Made by a program: the position numbers and the translations under genes. A DNA stretch of 55,705 nt from the NCBI GenBank assembly GCA_002269645.1, contig NIVC01004199.1, positions 1 to 55,705 of the forward strand, in the 5' to 3' direction. This DNA comes from Macrostomum lignano (lineage: Eukaryota). Every line of letters starts with the position of its first letter. The first letter of the stretch is position 1. This document shows, piece after piece, positions 28,558 through 40,049 of the stretch. The notes below the pieces were generated by a model, which made no database searches, was not told the DNA's origin, and saw nothing but the letters and a program-made list of their open reading frames with translations.

Positions 28558-29823
28558 TAGCTTAGTTCAGGACTACAGCACTCTGGGAGCTTAGTTCAGG
28601 ACTACAGCATTCTGGGAGCTTAGTTCAGGACTACAGCATTCTGGTAGATTAGTTCAGGACTACAGCATTCTGGTAGATTAGTTCAGGACTACAGCATTCT
28701 GGTAGATTAGTTCAGGACTACAGCATTCTGGTAGATTAGTTCAGGACTACAGCATTCTGGTAGCTTAGTTCAGGACTACAGCATTCTGGTAGCTTAGTTC
28801 AGGACTACAGCATTCTGGTAGCTTAGTTCAGGACTACAGCATTCTGGTAGCTTAGTTCAGGACTACAGCATTCTGGTAGCTTAGTTCAGGACTACAGCAT
28901 TCTGGGAGCTTAGTTCAGGACTACAGCATTCTGGGAGCTTAGTTCAGGACTACAGCATTCTGGTAGCTTAGTTCAGGACTACAGCATTCTGGTAGATTAG
29001 TTCAGGACTACAGCATTCTGGTAGCTTAGTTCAGGACTACAGCATTCTGGTAGATTAGTTCAGGACAAAAAGATTCTGGTAGCTTAGTTCAGGACTACAG
29101 CATTCTGGGAGCTTAGTTCAGGACAAAAAGATTCTGGTAGCTTAGTTCAGGACTACAGCATTCTGGGAGCTTAGTTCAGGACTACAGCATTCTGGGAGCT
29201 TAGTTCAGGACTACAGCATTCTGGGAGCTTAGTTCAGGACTACAGCATTCTGGTAGCTTAGTTCAGGACTACAGCATTCTGGTAGCTTAGTTCAGGACTA
29301 CAGCATTCTGGGAGCTTAGTTCAGGACTACAGCATTCTGGTAGCTTAGTTCAGGACTACAGCATTTTGGGAGCTTAGTTCAGGACAAAAAAGATTCTGGT
29401 AGCTTAGTTCAGGACTACAGCATTCTGGGAGCTTAGTTCAGGACTACAGCATTCTGGTAGCTTAGTTCAGGACTACAGCATTTTGGGAGCTTAGTTCAGG
29501 ACAAAAAGATTTTGGTAGCTTAGTTCAGGACTACAGCATTCTGGGAGCTTAGTTCAGGACAAAAAGATTCTGGTAGCTTAGTTCAGGACTACAGCATTCT
29601 GGGAGCTTAGTTCAGGACTACAGCATTCTGGGAGCTTAGTTCAGGACTACAGCATTCTGGTAGCTTAGTTCAGGACTACAGCATTCTGGGAGCTTAGTTC
29701 AGGACTACAGCATTCTGGGAGCTTAGTTCAGGACTACAGCTCTCTGGGAGCTTAGTTCAGGACTACAGCATTCTGGGAGCTTAGTTCAGGACTACAGCAT
29801 TCTGGTAGCTCAGTTCAGGACAA
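28558..29823. repeat. 29-bp minisatellite (AGCTTAGTTCAGGACTACAGCATTCTGGG) immediately downstream of the NCKX stop codon
   Basis: About 43 copies, with TGGT/TGGG and GGACAAAAAG variants. Confidence 0.96.
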
Positions 29824-30404
29824 AATCATTACATAGAACTGTGTGTTATAACCGTAGTGCGGTGCGCTCTGCTGCCAATAAATTTGTGTTTGGTGTTTGA
29901 CTTGATTTAGACTTCCTGTATAAGCCCTGCTGGCACATTTTTTAATTTTTTTGCTTTTAAATAAAGCATCAAAATTATTAATGAAATTTTTCTGTTTAGA
30001 TTGATATTTCTCCTAAAGAAGCGCAATTTTCATGTTATATTAAACAATTTTCAGTTCTGCTTCACAAAAACATGCAAGCTGCAAACTAAAATAGCATAGG
30101 AAACTTTCCAATTAAACTCAATTTGGAATCCTTTTACCATATGCGGCGGTTTATTTTCACCCTCATGCGTACTTTTTGTACCTTTTTAATTTTTTAGAGC
30201 ACTCAATGCGGTCTAAGCGAGTAAGAGCATACAAGATGTACTTAAATTATTCTTCCTTCGTTTCTTGATGAGTGCTCATTCGGGTCAGGGGGCCCCTCCC
30301 ACTAATCGCCCCCACAAAAATTCCCCACGGACTTCTAGTCTAGAAGTCTTTGAAATGCCGCTTATCCAAGAACTCAATGAACAGGTCCACAGGCCCACCA
30401 AGAG

Positions 30405-30685
30405 ACAGGGGCGGCCAACTCAAGAGACAGGGGCGCCCAACTCAAGAGACAGGGGCGCCCAACTCAAGAGACAGGGGCGCCCAACTCAAGAGACAGGGGC
30501 GCCCAACTCAAGAGACAGGGGCGCCCAACTCAAGAGACAGGGGCGCCCAACTCAAGAGACAGGGCGCCCAACACAAGAGACAGGTCGCGCAACACAAGAG
30601 ACAGGGGCGCCAACCAAGAGACAGGGGCGCCAACCAAGAGACAGGTCGCCCAACACAAGATAAAGCGGGCGCCAACCAAGAGACC
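30405..30685. repeat. 22-bp minisatellite (CAACTCAAGAGACAGGGGCGCC)
   Basis: About 7 near-perfect copies plus degenerate 3' copies. Shares the AGGGGCGCC core with the array at 24136. Confidence 0.92.
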
Positions 30686-31212
30686 AAATATTGGCCCCCC
30701 GAGGGTTGCGGTGCCCTTCAATAAATAGCTGTGTGCCACTGTTTTGAATATCTTCTTGAAGACAGAGTGCATTCAGAGATTATTTGAAAATTTCGTTCTA
30801 AACGTTCTAAGTGTTTCTGCTTTATGTGCCTCTCGAGTCGTGTATTGTTTTAGCTTTCTGTTTTCATGATCGAATTATATACCGAATATGATGAGTAAAA
30901 AACGTCTTGATTTTATCTAAAATATACCTTAACCGGTTTAAATGTACTACAGCATACACGCTTGTAGTCAAGCCTATATATAATTCTAACAAATAATTCC
31001 GACTTATTAGTATCAATTATTTCCATTGAACCAGAGGGTTTTATGTTAAAATGTTAGAATATATTCGTGCCATTGTATTATTCATTAGTATTGTAGCGAT
31101 AGTCAAGTATGTTTGCAAAGTGAAAATTTATTCAAAACAAGGGAAAATCAAGTCGAAAAATACTGGTTGAGAAGTTTGAAGCATGTATAGATTTGGTTTT
31201 CTCCGCTGTATC

Positions 31213-31641
31213 TTTTCCGTCTCTCTGTCCTATCTACCCCATTCTTTCCGTCTCTCTGTCCTATCTTCCCCATTCTTTCCGTCTCTCTGTCCTATCTTCC
31301 CTATTCTTTCCGTCTCTCTGTCCTATCTTCCCCATTCTTTCCGTCTCTCTGTCCTATCTTCCCTATTCTTTCCGTCTCTCTGTCCTATCTTCCCTATTCT
31401 TTCCGTCTCTCTGTCCTATCTACCCCATTCTTTCCGTCTCTCTGTCCTATCTACCCCATTCTTTCCGTCCCTCTGTCCTATCTACCCCATTCTTTCCGTC
31501 CCTCTGTCCTATCTTCCCCATTCTTTCCGTCTCTCTGTCCCATCTTCCCCATTCTTTCCGTCCCTCTGTCCTATCTTCCCCATTCTTTCCGTCTCTCTGT
31601 CCTATCTACCCCATTCTTTCCGTCCCTCTGTCCTATCTTCC
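31213..31641. repeat. 31-bp pyrimidine-rich minisatellite (TTCTTTCCGTCTCTCTGTCCTATCTTCCCCA)
   Basis: About 14 copies. Confidence 0.95.
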
Positions 31642-32392
31642 CCAGACCACCTTTGGTTTATACCGTGAATATATAGACCTCGGAGCGTGTTCAGCTAGAG
31701 CCCTAGATGACTGGCTGTGACCTGAGCGGGAGGAGTGTGATCAGGGACTGTGAGCTGATTAGTAGGTTCGCACCTGAACTCGCTGAGACCAGAGAAGGCC
31801 TGTCTTTTCTTATCGCTCTTCTCTCCAATCCTCTAATCTCCTTTCTAATCTCTTTCGCTTCTCTCCCCTCTCTGGCCTGCAGTCATGCTCCAGCTTCTCT
31901 ATCTGGACCTTGAGGTAAAAAAGTTTGCTGACCCCTTGTCTCCTAGTGGACCCACGTACAGCAGCACACACAGCAAGAGCCCTCATTCATGTATTAGCAA
32001 TATTTGCTAAGGGGTCAAGCAATATTTTGTGCAATTTGAGACAAGAATACTTATTGCAGAATAAAAGAAAAAAGGCATCAATGCGCCCTTCAAGGACTCA
32101 GAGCAACACGTAAAGTAATTAATTGGAATCGGGTTTACGACGAAACAAGGTACTGTGACGAGAGGGTGACTCATTCCTTCGGCCCCTAGTCCATCCCAGT
32201 ATATGTGAAAAAGAACAATAAGATGCATTGCTCATGTAAAGCAGCCCAGCAAACTCCGCAGGCAAAGCTGTATTTTTTTGTAACAACCTCGTTTTAACAA
32301 CAGAAGTTTGGACGGGCCGGGCGGTTGTGAAACTGGAAGAAATGGAAAGAAATTGCGCGTTGGCGGCGGCGGGTGGGCGGATTGAAGCTGCC

Positions 32393-32425
32393 TATAAAAA
32401 AGGAAGGCTGCAGCCGACTCAGCAT
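32393..32425 (+). promoter_or_regulatory. Putative core promoter (TATA box + initiator) of the second ANK-cGLR gene
   Basis: TATAAAA at 32393-32399, GC boxes (GGGCGG) just upstream, and an Inr-like TCAGC 26 bp downstream, ~65 bp before the ATG at 32484. Confidence 0.5.
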
Positions 32426-32483
32426 ATTCTCGATCCAGAAAATATCTCGAGTTTATCCAATTATCGATAGTTAACTTGCAGCA

Positions 32484-35400
32484 ATGACTGACCCCGTGAG
32501 GTTCTTCACGGTGTTCATAATTATTTACGCACTAGCTGCGCTTCTAGTGCTGCCGGGCCTTCTCATCCGAAAAATCATTCAAATCTGCAGAAAGCGGCGA
32601 GAAAGACTCCGGAGAAAAAGAGAGGCAAAAAAGAAGAACAGAAAAGACGAAATTCCTGATTTGAGCGATAAAGAAATTGTTGAGGCGATAACTTCAAAAA
32701 ATTTGAAAGCAATTTTCAACATCGTCAAGAAGCAAACAAACTTCGACCGCCTGATCACCGCCTTCGGACAAAGGTTGCCTCCCCTGCATTTTGCATGCAT
32801 TCTTGGAAAACAGAGCGTGGTGAAAATTTTCCTCGGTGCGCAAGCCGATGTGAACAGCCGAGGAGTCGACGGTGAGACACCGCTCACTATTTCGGTGACT
32901 CAGGGCCATCAGGGAGTCGTTGACGTGCTAATCAAGGCACAAGCTGACGTCAATATTCAACGGAGCACAGGAGAGTCACCCGTGTATGTCGCATTGCAGA
33001 ACGGCCATTTGCAAATAGCCGAGTCACTGATTGAAGCGCAAGCCGATGTCAATCTTCAAACTAACAATGGCATGTCGCCTCTCTACTTTGCATCGCAGAA
33101 TGGCAATCAGCAAGTCGTGGATTTACTCTCGCAAGTACAAGCTGACATCAATCACCAATGCACTGACGAAGGCTGCTCACCTCTATACATAGCATCGCAT
33201 TTTGGTCACCATGAGGTGGTTCAGACACTCATCGGGGCATTCGCAAGCGTCGATGTCTACACCAGAACTGGCCTGTCCCCACTACACATCGCATTAATCA
33301 ATGGTCATCAGAAAGTCTTCGACTCGCTCATCGGAGTACAGGCGGATATAAACTGTTTAGAAAAGGCAAATGGCTCATCGCCGCTTTACATTGCATCACA
33401 GCATGGCCAAGTTCAAGTCATGAACGAGCTCATCGAGGCAAAATCGGAAGTGGATTGCCAGCAGAACAATGGCTACTCGCCTCTCTTTATCGCGTCGCAA
33501 ATCGGTCATCAGCAAGTCACGGAAACGCTCATCAATGCTCAGGCAAACGTCAATCTTCAGACAAACACCGGAGAATCCCCTCTCTACGTGGCGGCGCAGA
33601 ACGGCCATTTGCAAATCGTGGAATCCCTCATAAACGCCCAAGCTGATGTCAGTCTTCAAGCAAACAACGGCTTCACTCCTCTACAAATTGCATTGCAAAA
33701 CGGACACGAGAAGGTTGTGGACTTACTTGTGAAAGCGGAGGCTAATCAGCAGAGTCCGTTGGATCCTAATGTGAATCTTCTGCGCAATCACTCGAGCGAT
33801 TTGGCAATCAAGTACGAAAGTATGATTTTTGAGCACTTAAACTTTTCACACTAAAAGCTGTGATTTATGTAACATAAAGTGACGAAAATTTGTGTGCAAA
33901 CTGTATGATCAGGCAAAATTTTATCTTCATTTGATAGCGGTGTGAAAGATCCTTAAATGTTATGGCCGCTGCTCGATTAGCTAGTGAATTGTAATCTTAG
34001 TCATCTCATACCGGTACGCTCGTGCGAGTATTTAGCAGTGACATTTGAAAACAGTCTATGCATTATGAGCAGACAATTGATCCTATGCTAAATCATGTAT
34101 AAAAATTTTGTTTGGTAGCTGTGACCTTACATTTGTTTAGTACAGAAATTTGTCGATGAATGCACCATTTTAGAGAAGTTCCCAGCGACGCAGAGCTGAA
34201 TCAAATGCTTCACTCGGCCCTCAATAATTCCGGATTCGTGGCCTCCAGAGCCGCCCTGCAAAGTGCTGTCGCTGATGTTCTGCAAGAGATTCTGAGAAGA
34301 AGACTGAACTACAATCACCTGTACGTTGTTGGCAGCTTTTCAGAAGGTTGGGGTAACAGCCTGACGACACTGGACGGCAGAGTTGACATCCAGTCCGATA
34401 TTGACGTGATGAGGCTGATTCCAGGGAGACTTTACCATCCTAAGGGCCTGTGCGAGTGCAGCGGTGCGACAGACCAGCATGAGCTGAATAATGGACACAT
34501 TCAGTGCCCCGGATTCGGTAAGTTGGATTCAAAGTTACAAAAGAAATACAGATTGGTAATTGCTATACTTGTTGCCTTTCAGCTTCGAACCCTGCTGTTC
34601 TGCATCTCGGATCCGCCTTGAGGCCGGCCTTTGACGAAGTTTCCGCCGGTCGTCTCTGCTGCTACCCGCCTATCGCGCCGCTCCAGCCTCGACGACTTTC
34701 CGAGTCAAACATCACAAAGTCAGTACTGCGGGCCCTCCAGCAGAGTCTCGTTTCCGATGCATCGCCCTGTCACGTAGTGCATGCGGCCTCTCCTGGGCGT
34801 GGAGGCCAAGAGCTCCGTGTGAGCACCAGCTTTCTAGAGAAGCGGATGCTCAGAAGTCTCACGACCTTGCAAGGTCAGCTGTTCGTCACACTGAAATACC
34901 TGGTCAAGAAGGTCATCTGCAACAAATACGGCTTCAACCAGCAAGGCCTCAAGCCGTACCACGTAAAGACCATCACGTTCCGAATGGTGGAGGAGACCCC
35001 GGTCGAGCAATGGAAGCCGGAGAATCTCGTGAGCCTCGTGAGGATGTCGCTGCAGATGCTGCTTTGCTGTGTGGAGAGCAGCTGCTCGTCCGACAATGCT
35101 CACGGCCGGATTATGGAGCACTTCTTTCTGAGCGACGTCGCTGTGTACTTAAAAAGTGCAGCTCAGAAGGATAAAAAACAGCTTATGGCACTTGCTAGTA
35201 CATTGAGAACAGCAATCGATCAGCTCCCTCAGCTGCTTCAACAGTTCATGGGCAGTCTTGAACCTGTGACCGAGTCAGGGATATTCCACTTCCATCCGTT
35301 TCAAACCCTGCCAGATCTAAAGCCAATGCCACTCCGAAAGGATAGTGGACTTGAGTATTACGAGATTTACGATTTGGCAAGAGAGTGTCTGGAGCATCTC

Positions 35401-36056
35401 TGCCGTGGCGACTGCAGCTCGCGATCTCGAGAGTCGCTCACAGAGCTGACTGCCCGACTGCCAGACTGCGCCCGCTCAGCACGGGAGGCTCTCAGAGCGC
35501 TGGCCTGCCTGAAGTTTCGCGACCGGAAAGCTGCGGAGAGAATCGTGAGTCAGTGCAGAGGCCACTCGGTGAGCAGAGGCATCGCCTGGTCTGCTGAGAG
35601 GTCGGCGACTGTTGCTTGTGTTTGGCGGCATCTGATGACGGGCCAAGACTGCGCGTGGAAATTCTGCTTTGAGTTTCAGGAGAGGCCGAAACTGTCATTG
35701 CCAGGTCAGAATTTTTGTCCCACTGCTTTCCGAAAGAGCTAGACAATAATCAGTTTTGTGTCTACATTAATTTTGACGCATTGCTGTGGGCCCTGCGTCT
35801 CGAATGGCAAACAGAGAGCGAACTGAGCGCCCAGGCGTGGATCCGGGATGTGGCCCAGCGGGCTGATGCGGACGAGCAGGAGCTGCTGGTAGCTGATGCG
35901 TTTTGCACCCAAGTGGAGCAGGTTTTCAGCATTCGCAAAAAGCTGCGAGGTCTCAAAGACAGCAATTTTCAAGACTTAAAAGACCAGACGCTTCGCGGAC
36001 AAGAAGGGACTCTTCAGCTGCCAAACTGTGAAACGATTGAGATACTTATTGCATAA
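32484..36056 (+). CDS. Transmembrane-ankyrin / Mab-21 (cGLR) fusion protein, ~1048 aa if one frameshift is corrected; join(32484..33811, 34174..34517, 34583..36056)
   Basis: Exon 1: hydrophobic helix FFTVFIIIYALAALLVLPGLLI, a polybasic stretch, 10 ANK repeats, then AA|gtacga (phase 2). Exon 2 follows ttttag|A and carries VGSFSEG...SDID, ending G|gtaagt (phase 1). Exon 3 follows tttcag|CT and carries LRVSTSxLE...GQLFVTLK...GLKPYHVKTITF. Intron positions and phases match the paralog at 9256-13413. A 1-nt deficit in the T5 run at 35712-35716 shifts the last ~113 codons. Confidence 0.82.
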
Positions 36057-36296
36057 AAAATTTTACATTCGCCACTGATCCGCAATAGCATGTACTAACT
36101 GTTTGTGTTGAAATGAATCGGAAACACTATATTGTTTCTTTGATTTCGGTATATTTTTTATCACCATGGAGTGACAGTACCGGATATCATCTTATAGGTG
36201 AAGCACACTTACTGATATGTTTCGTCTGCTTTAAAATAAAATTTAAAAAATAATAGAAAAATGAAGGCCAATACCAACATATAAGTAAATTATTAT

Positions 36297-36335
36297 AGCC
36301 AACGCGTTTCGACACAAGCGGTCATCTTCAGGGCT
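36297..36335 (-). ncRNA. Minimal type I hammerhead ribozyme associated with the Penelope-like element
   Basis: Minus strand reads AGCC-CUGAAGA-UGAC(cgcuugu)GUC-GAA-ACGCGU-U-GGCU. This gives the core CUGANGA and GAAA, stem II GAC/GUC, stem I AGCC/GGCU, a palindromic stem III ACGCGU and a GUU cleavage triplet. It lies downstream of the GIY-YIG ORF. Confidence 0.75.
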
Positions 36336-37078
36336 TGCACTCATGGTTCACAATTCCGTATATTTAAATAAATAAATAAAATAAAAAACTGTACAGGGCA
36401 ATAGACGAATGGTTTCAGTCCGGTCGATAATTGTACATTAACAGACGAAAATAAATTAAATTATTAGGCCATCACACAGAACAAACAAACACAGAGCAAA
36501 CAATATTGGCGGGGAGAGAGCCGCAAACCCACACCAAGCCTAGAAAACTTTGAGCTGTAAACTGGCTCCTCCACCTGCAAGCTGAGTATTCAAACTAGGT
36601 CTATGATGCTTACGAATGTGCAAGGCTTCCAGCAGTCTGAGTTTTCCATCAAATCTAAATCTATCCAGAACAGTGAAAAGCTCAGTCGGCTCATGCTCAC
36701 AACAAGCATTGCAACTAAGCAAGTGATCATGCACAGCGGAGTTATTCATTCTATGCTCCCTAGCCCTAGTGTACAGGTGCCTTTTGGTTTTTCCTATGTA
36801 GGAAGTGCTCTGATGACCAGAGCAACAAAATTGATCGATGACACCAGCAGACAGAGCTCTAGGGGCCTTCGAATTCAACCTGCTAACAAACTGGCCGATT
36901 TTGGCGGTCTGAAACACAACCATAACCCGAGAGTTGAAATACTTCAAGAAAGTTCTTTTAAGCCCCTTTCCAGACTCAGGGACGTGACACCAAGAAATGG
37001 GAGTTTGATCAGCACATCACTGGAATTCGACCTCTTCTTAGCTTCGTCAGTCAAACTAGACTCAGTCATTTTCTTAGT
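36297..37078 (-). mobile_element. 5'-truncated Penelope-like retroelement (GIY-YIG endonuclease C-terminus plus 3' pLTR-like region), degenerate
   Basis: ORF 36540-36947 has SYIGKTKRHLYTRAREH...SAVHDH...LLEALHI...PSLNTQ, typical of PLE GIY-YIG domains. An upstream linker (IKLPFLG...) lies in a different frame, i.e. a frameshift. No RT domain is present. The 3' boundary is approximate. Confidence 0.85.
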
Positions 37079-37290
37079 TTAAATTTTAAAAAGCTTTTTA
37101 CAGATTTTTTTCAATTGGCACAATGTACTACTATTAAAAAATCGTTTACGAGAGTAACTAACAGATAGACCTTTGTGTTATTAGAAAAACAGGAGAGGAT
37201 CAGGTTCCTAATAGATAAGTTAAGTCCATTGACAAATTCCATTGAAAACCTACAAAAACATCTGACCGTAGACTGGGCACTCTTGCTGTG

Positions 37291-40049
37291 TCAGCCACGG
37301 ACAAAGTACTCGCCACTGCTGGTGCTGTTGAGGGCGGCTGGCACCACAGCATACTCCAGCAGGTGGCACAGGCGCTGCTGCTGACTGAAGATCACCGCCT
37401 GGCAGTCAGCACCGCACAGGTACACGCATTCGGTGAGTGTTCGAGCGCCAACGGTCGAGAAGGCTGGCGCCTCCGGCTTATTCATGCCGATCAGGGTGCG
37501 GTTGCCAGGGACGAAGAGATTTTCGTCTGGAAGTGGAGGTTGGTGCGTCATGGTTAATCTGACAGTGGCCTCCATGAGCAAGCGAGGGTCAACCTTCAGT
37601 AGTTGGGATGCCATTTCATTAGTTGGGAAGCCATTTCATTAGTTGGGATGCCATTTCATTAGTTGGGATGCCATTTCATTAGTTGGGATGCCATTTCATT
37701 AGTTGGGTTGCCATTTCATTACAGTCGGGGTGCCATTTTATTATAGTTGGGGTGCCATTTTATTATAGTTGTAGTGCCATTTCATTATAGTTGGGGTGCC
37801 ATTCATTACAGTTGTGGTGCCATTTTATTATAGTTGGGGTGCCATTTTATTATAGTTGGGGTGCCATTTTATTACAGTTGGGTTGCCATTTCATTACAGT
37901 TGGGGTGCCATTTTATTATAGTTGGGGTGCCATTTCATTATAGTTGGGGTGCCATTTTATTATAGTCGAGTTGCCATTTCATTACAGTTGGGGTGCCATT
38001 TTATTATAGTTGGGGTGCCATTTTATTATAGTTGTAGTGCCATTTCAGTATAGTATAGGGTGCCATTTTATTAGAGGCTGCTATTGAAAGAATGCATTTT
38101 TCCTATCTACAGTATAGATCTTGTGTTGTCTAGATAGGCCACTTTGTATTTCGGCAATGGGGAAAGCGCGAACGCTGTTTTTCGTCACTTGTGCAAAAAA
38201 GCCGACATGGGTCGCTTATAAATTTGAGTTCAGTAGCTTAGGGACATAGACGCTATTTTTGGAGAATTGAATAAAAATTCTCATGAATTAATTAAAAAGC
38301 TACTCAATTGAACTAGGAATGATGAATTCACATGAATTCACGGCACAGACTACTGACGAAATTGATTTCAGTAGTTGATTTTCGCGCTGTCGCGAGATGC
38401 AAAATTTTTTACATTGGCTTCTATGTGGCCACATAAGCGGTTAATGAGTGGCCCATCTTGTGTATATATGATCTTTGGTCTACAGCGACGGAACGGGCCG
38501 ATCATTAATCAGGCAAGGACGACTTAAGTAGAAGGACGGGAAACCTCGTTTCTTAGAAAATTTTAGAAGGCAGGTTTGAAGTTTTCATTTTTTCAGCACA
38601 AAAATTGCTATTGCTTTTGATAGGAGGCAGATCCAGTGTTCATCTTTTGATATGCTGTGCCTTTCTTATTGCTCTATCGATATTCATAAAGCTTTTCGTT
38701 CAAAGAAGTAGGATTCTATGTTAATTTTTATTCTACGTACACTTCCTGTACCTAAAAATAATAAAAATGCATTGCACGGCTCTAAATCTTTGGTTTTATG
38801 AATCCATTTTATTATTTGTGCTACGCGTATTTGTTACACAGTCAGATAACAATGATAAAATAGACTCATAAAACCAAAGAGCTGAGCCTTGCTATTCTAA
38901 TGGTTTTTAGGCACAAGACATGCGCAAATGTACGTAGAATAAAAATTAACATAGAATCCTACTTCTTTGAACGAAAAGCTTTATGAATATCGATAGAGCA
39001 ATAAGAAAAGCACAGCATATCAAAAGATGAACACTGGATCTGCCTCCTATCAAACGCAATAACAATTTTTGTGCTGAAAAAAGAAAACTTCCTATCTCCG
39101 CAGTGTATTTTTTCGGGAAAGCCTGCCTTCTAAAATTTTCTAAGAAACGAGGTTTCCCGTCCTTCTACTTAAGTCGTCCTTGTAATCAGGATGCATAAAT
39201 TTTAATGTATTTTTTAAATAAATCCATTCACAATGAGAGGGCTGAGAGGGCTAGGAAGATAAGTGGGATGGGGAGGTTAACCACAGAGGCAGTTGTCCCT
39301 CTTGAGTTGCCATTGCTCCATCAAATAAACAGCCACAGAGCCTTCCTATTGAGCGGCCATTGCTGGAAGCGTCGCTCTGATGCATCGCTTCCATTCCAGG
39401 GACTAAGTTGACATCCTCGCTCTTTACACGCAAATATAGGAAAACTTGTACATCAGCCTCTAAACACACCAAAATGCTCATCCCTACAGCTAAATCTTCT
39501 TATTGTCAAAGGAAAAGCCCATCCTGTACATAGTGACAAACGTCTGACGTCTGAGACGTCTGAGTGCGGAACTTCGGCAAAGTGTAAAATCGCTTTTTGA
39601 CAACGCGGGTACCCCAACTCACTGGCATAGCTTATCTTGAGCACAATGTTCCGGTAGTTAACGCCGCAGACTTGCGACATATTTCCGGGGCAGCCTGAGC
39701 TGCATTCGGCCAGGGCGACGGCTCCCTGGCTTCCGTAGGAGTTGCTGCAGTGACACCAGCCCGACTGCAGGCCAATGAACGCATTGCCTCCGAGAGCGCA
39801 GACGCTGCCGCACAGCTCGTGAGTCATCGAGGCGCTGAAAACAGACGTGTTCGACAGGAAATTGTCGTACGATCCATGCTGCAAGACAGCATCTCCGAGC
39901 CTGTTGAAGCCGAAGTCCTTCAGCTCTCTCAGATCCCTTCGCGTGCCGTTAACCAGATCCTTGAAGCAGCCGATCTGCGTGAGATGGAACTGCCGACCAA
40001 GGACCGCGGCTGGGAGCAGGCAGCCCAGGATTCCAATTAGGAAATTCAT
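37291..40049 (-). CDS. Secreted WSC-domain + PAN/apple-domain protein, 220 aa; join(40049..39623, 37526..37291)
   Basis: Exon 1: signal-peptide-like MNFLIGILGCLLPAAVLG, then WSC (IGCFKD...MTHELCGSVC...IGLQSGWCHCSN...ECSSGCPGNMSQVCG), ending A|gtgagt (phase 1). Exon 2 follows cttccag|AC and carries a PAN-like motif, LTECVYLCGADCQAVIFSQQQRLCHL. 663 nt in frame. Confidence 0.75.
37600..38072. repeat. 20-22-bp minisatellite (AGTTGGGATGCCATTTCATT -> ATAGTTGGGGTGCCATTTTATT) in the WSC-PAN intron
   Basis: Direct reading. The unit shifts from 20 to 22 bp along the array. Confidence 0.93.
38514..39182. mobile_element. 669-bp foldback-type non-autonomous DNA transposon with long TIRs and an 8-bp TSD (hAT- or P-like termini)
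   Basis: Ends CAAGGACGACTTAAGTAGAAGGACGGGAAACCTCG... and ...CGAGGTTTCCCGTCCTTCTACTTAAGTCGTCCTTG. The inverted repeats extend >200 bp. TSD TAATCAGG at 38506-38513 and 39183-39190. Confidence 0.93.

Noticed and set aside
28558-29823. CRISPR-like array (29-bp period); also the 23-, 28- and 32-bp arrays
   Set aside because: Units are directly adjacent with no unique spacers, there are no cas genes, and the context is eukaryotic.
32325-32355. GAAA-rich, ISRE-like motifs upstream of ANK-cGLR 2, and GGAATTTCC (kB-like) near 13475
   Set aside because: Such short motifs occur by chance in AT-rich DNA, and presence of the cognate factors in this organism is unverified.
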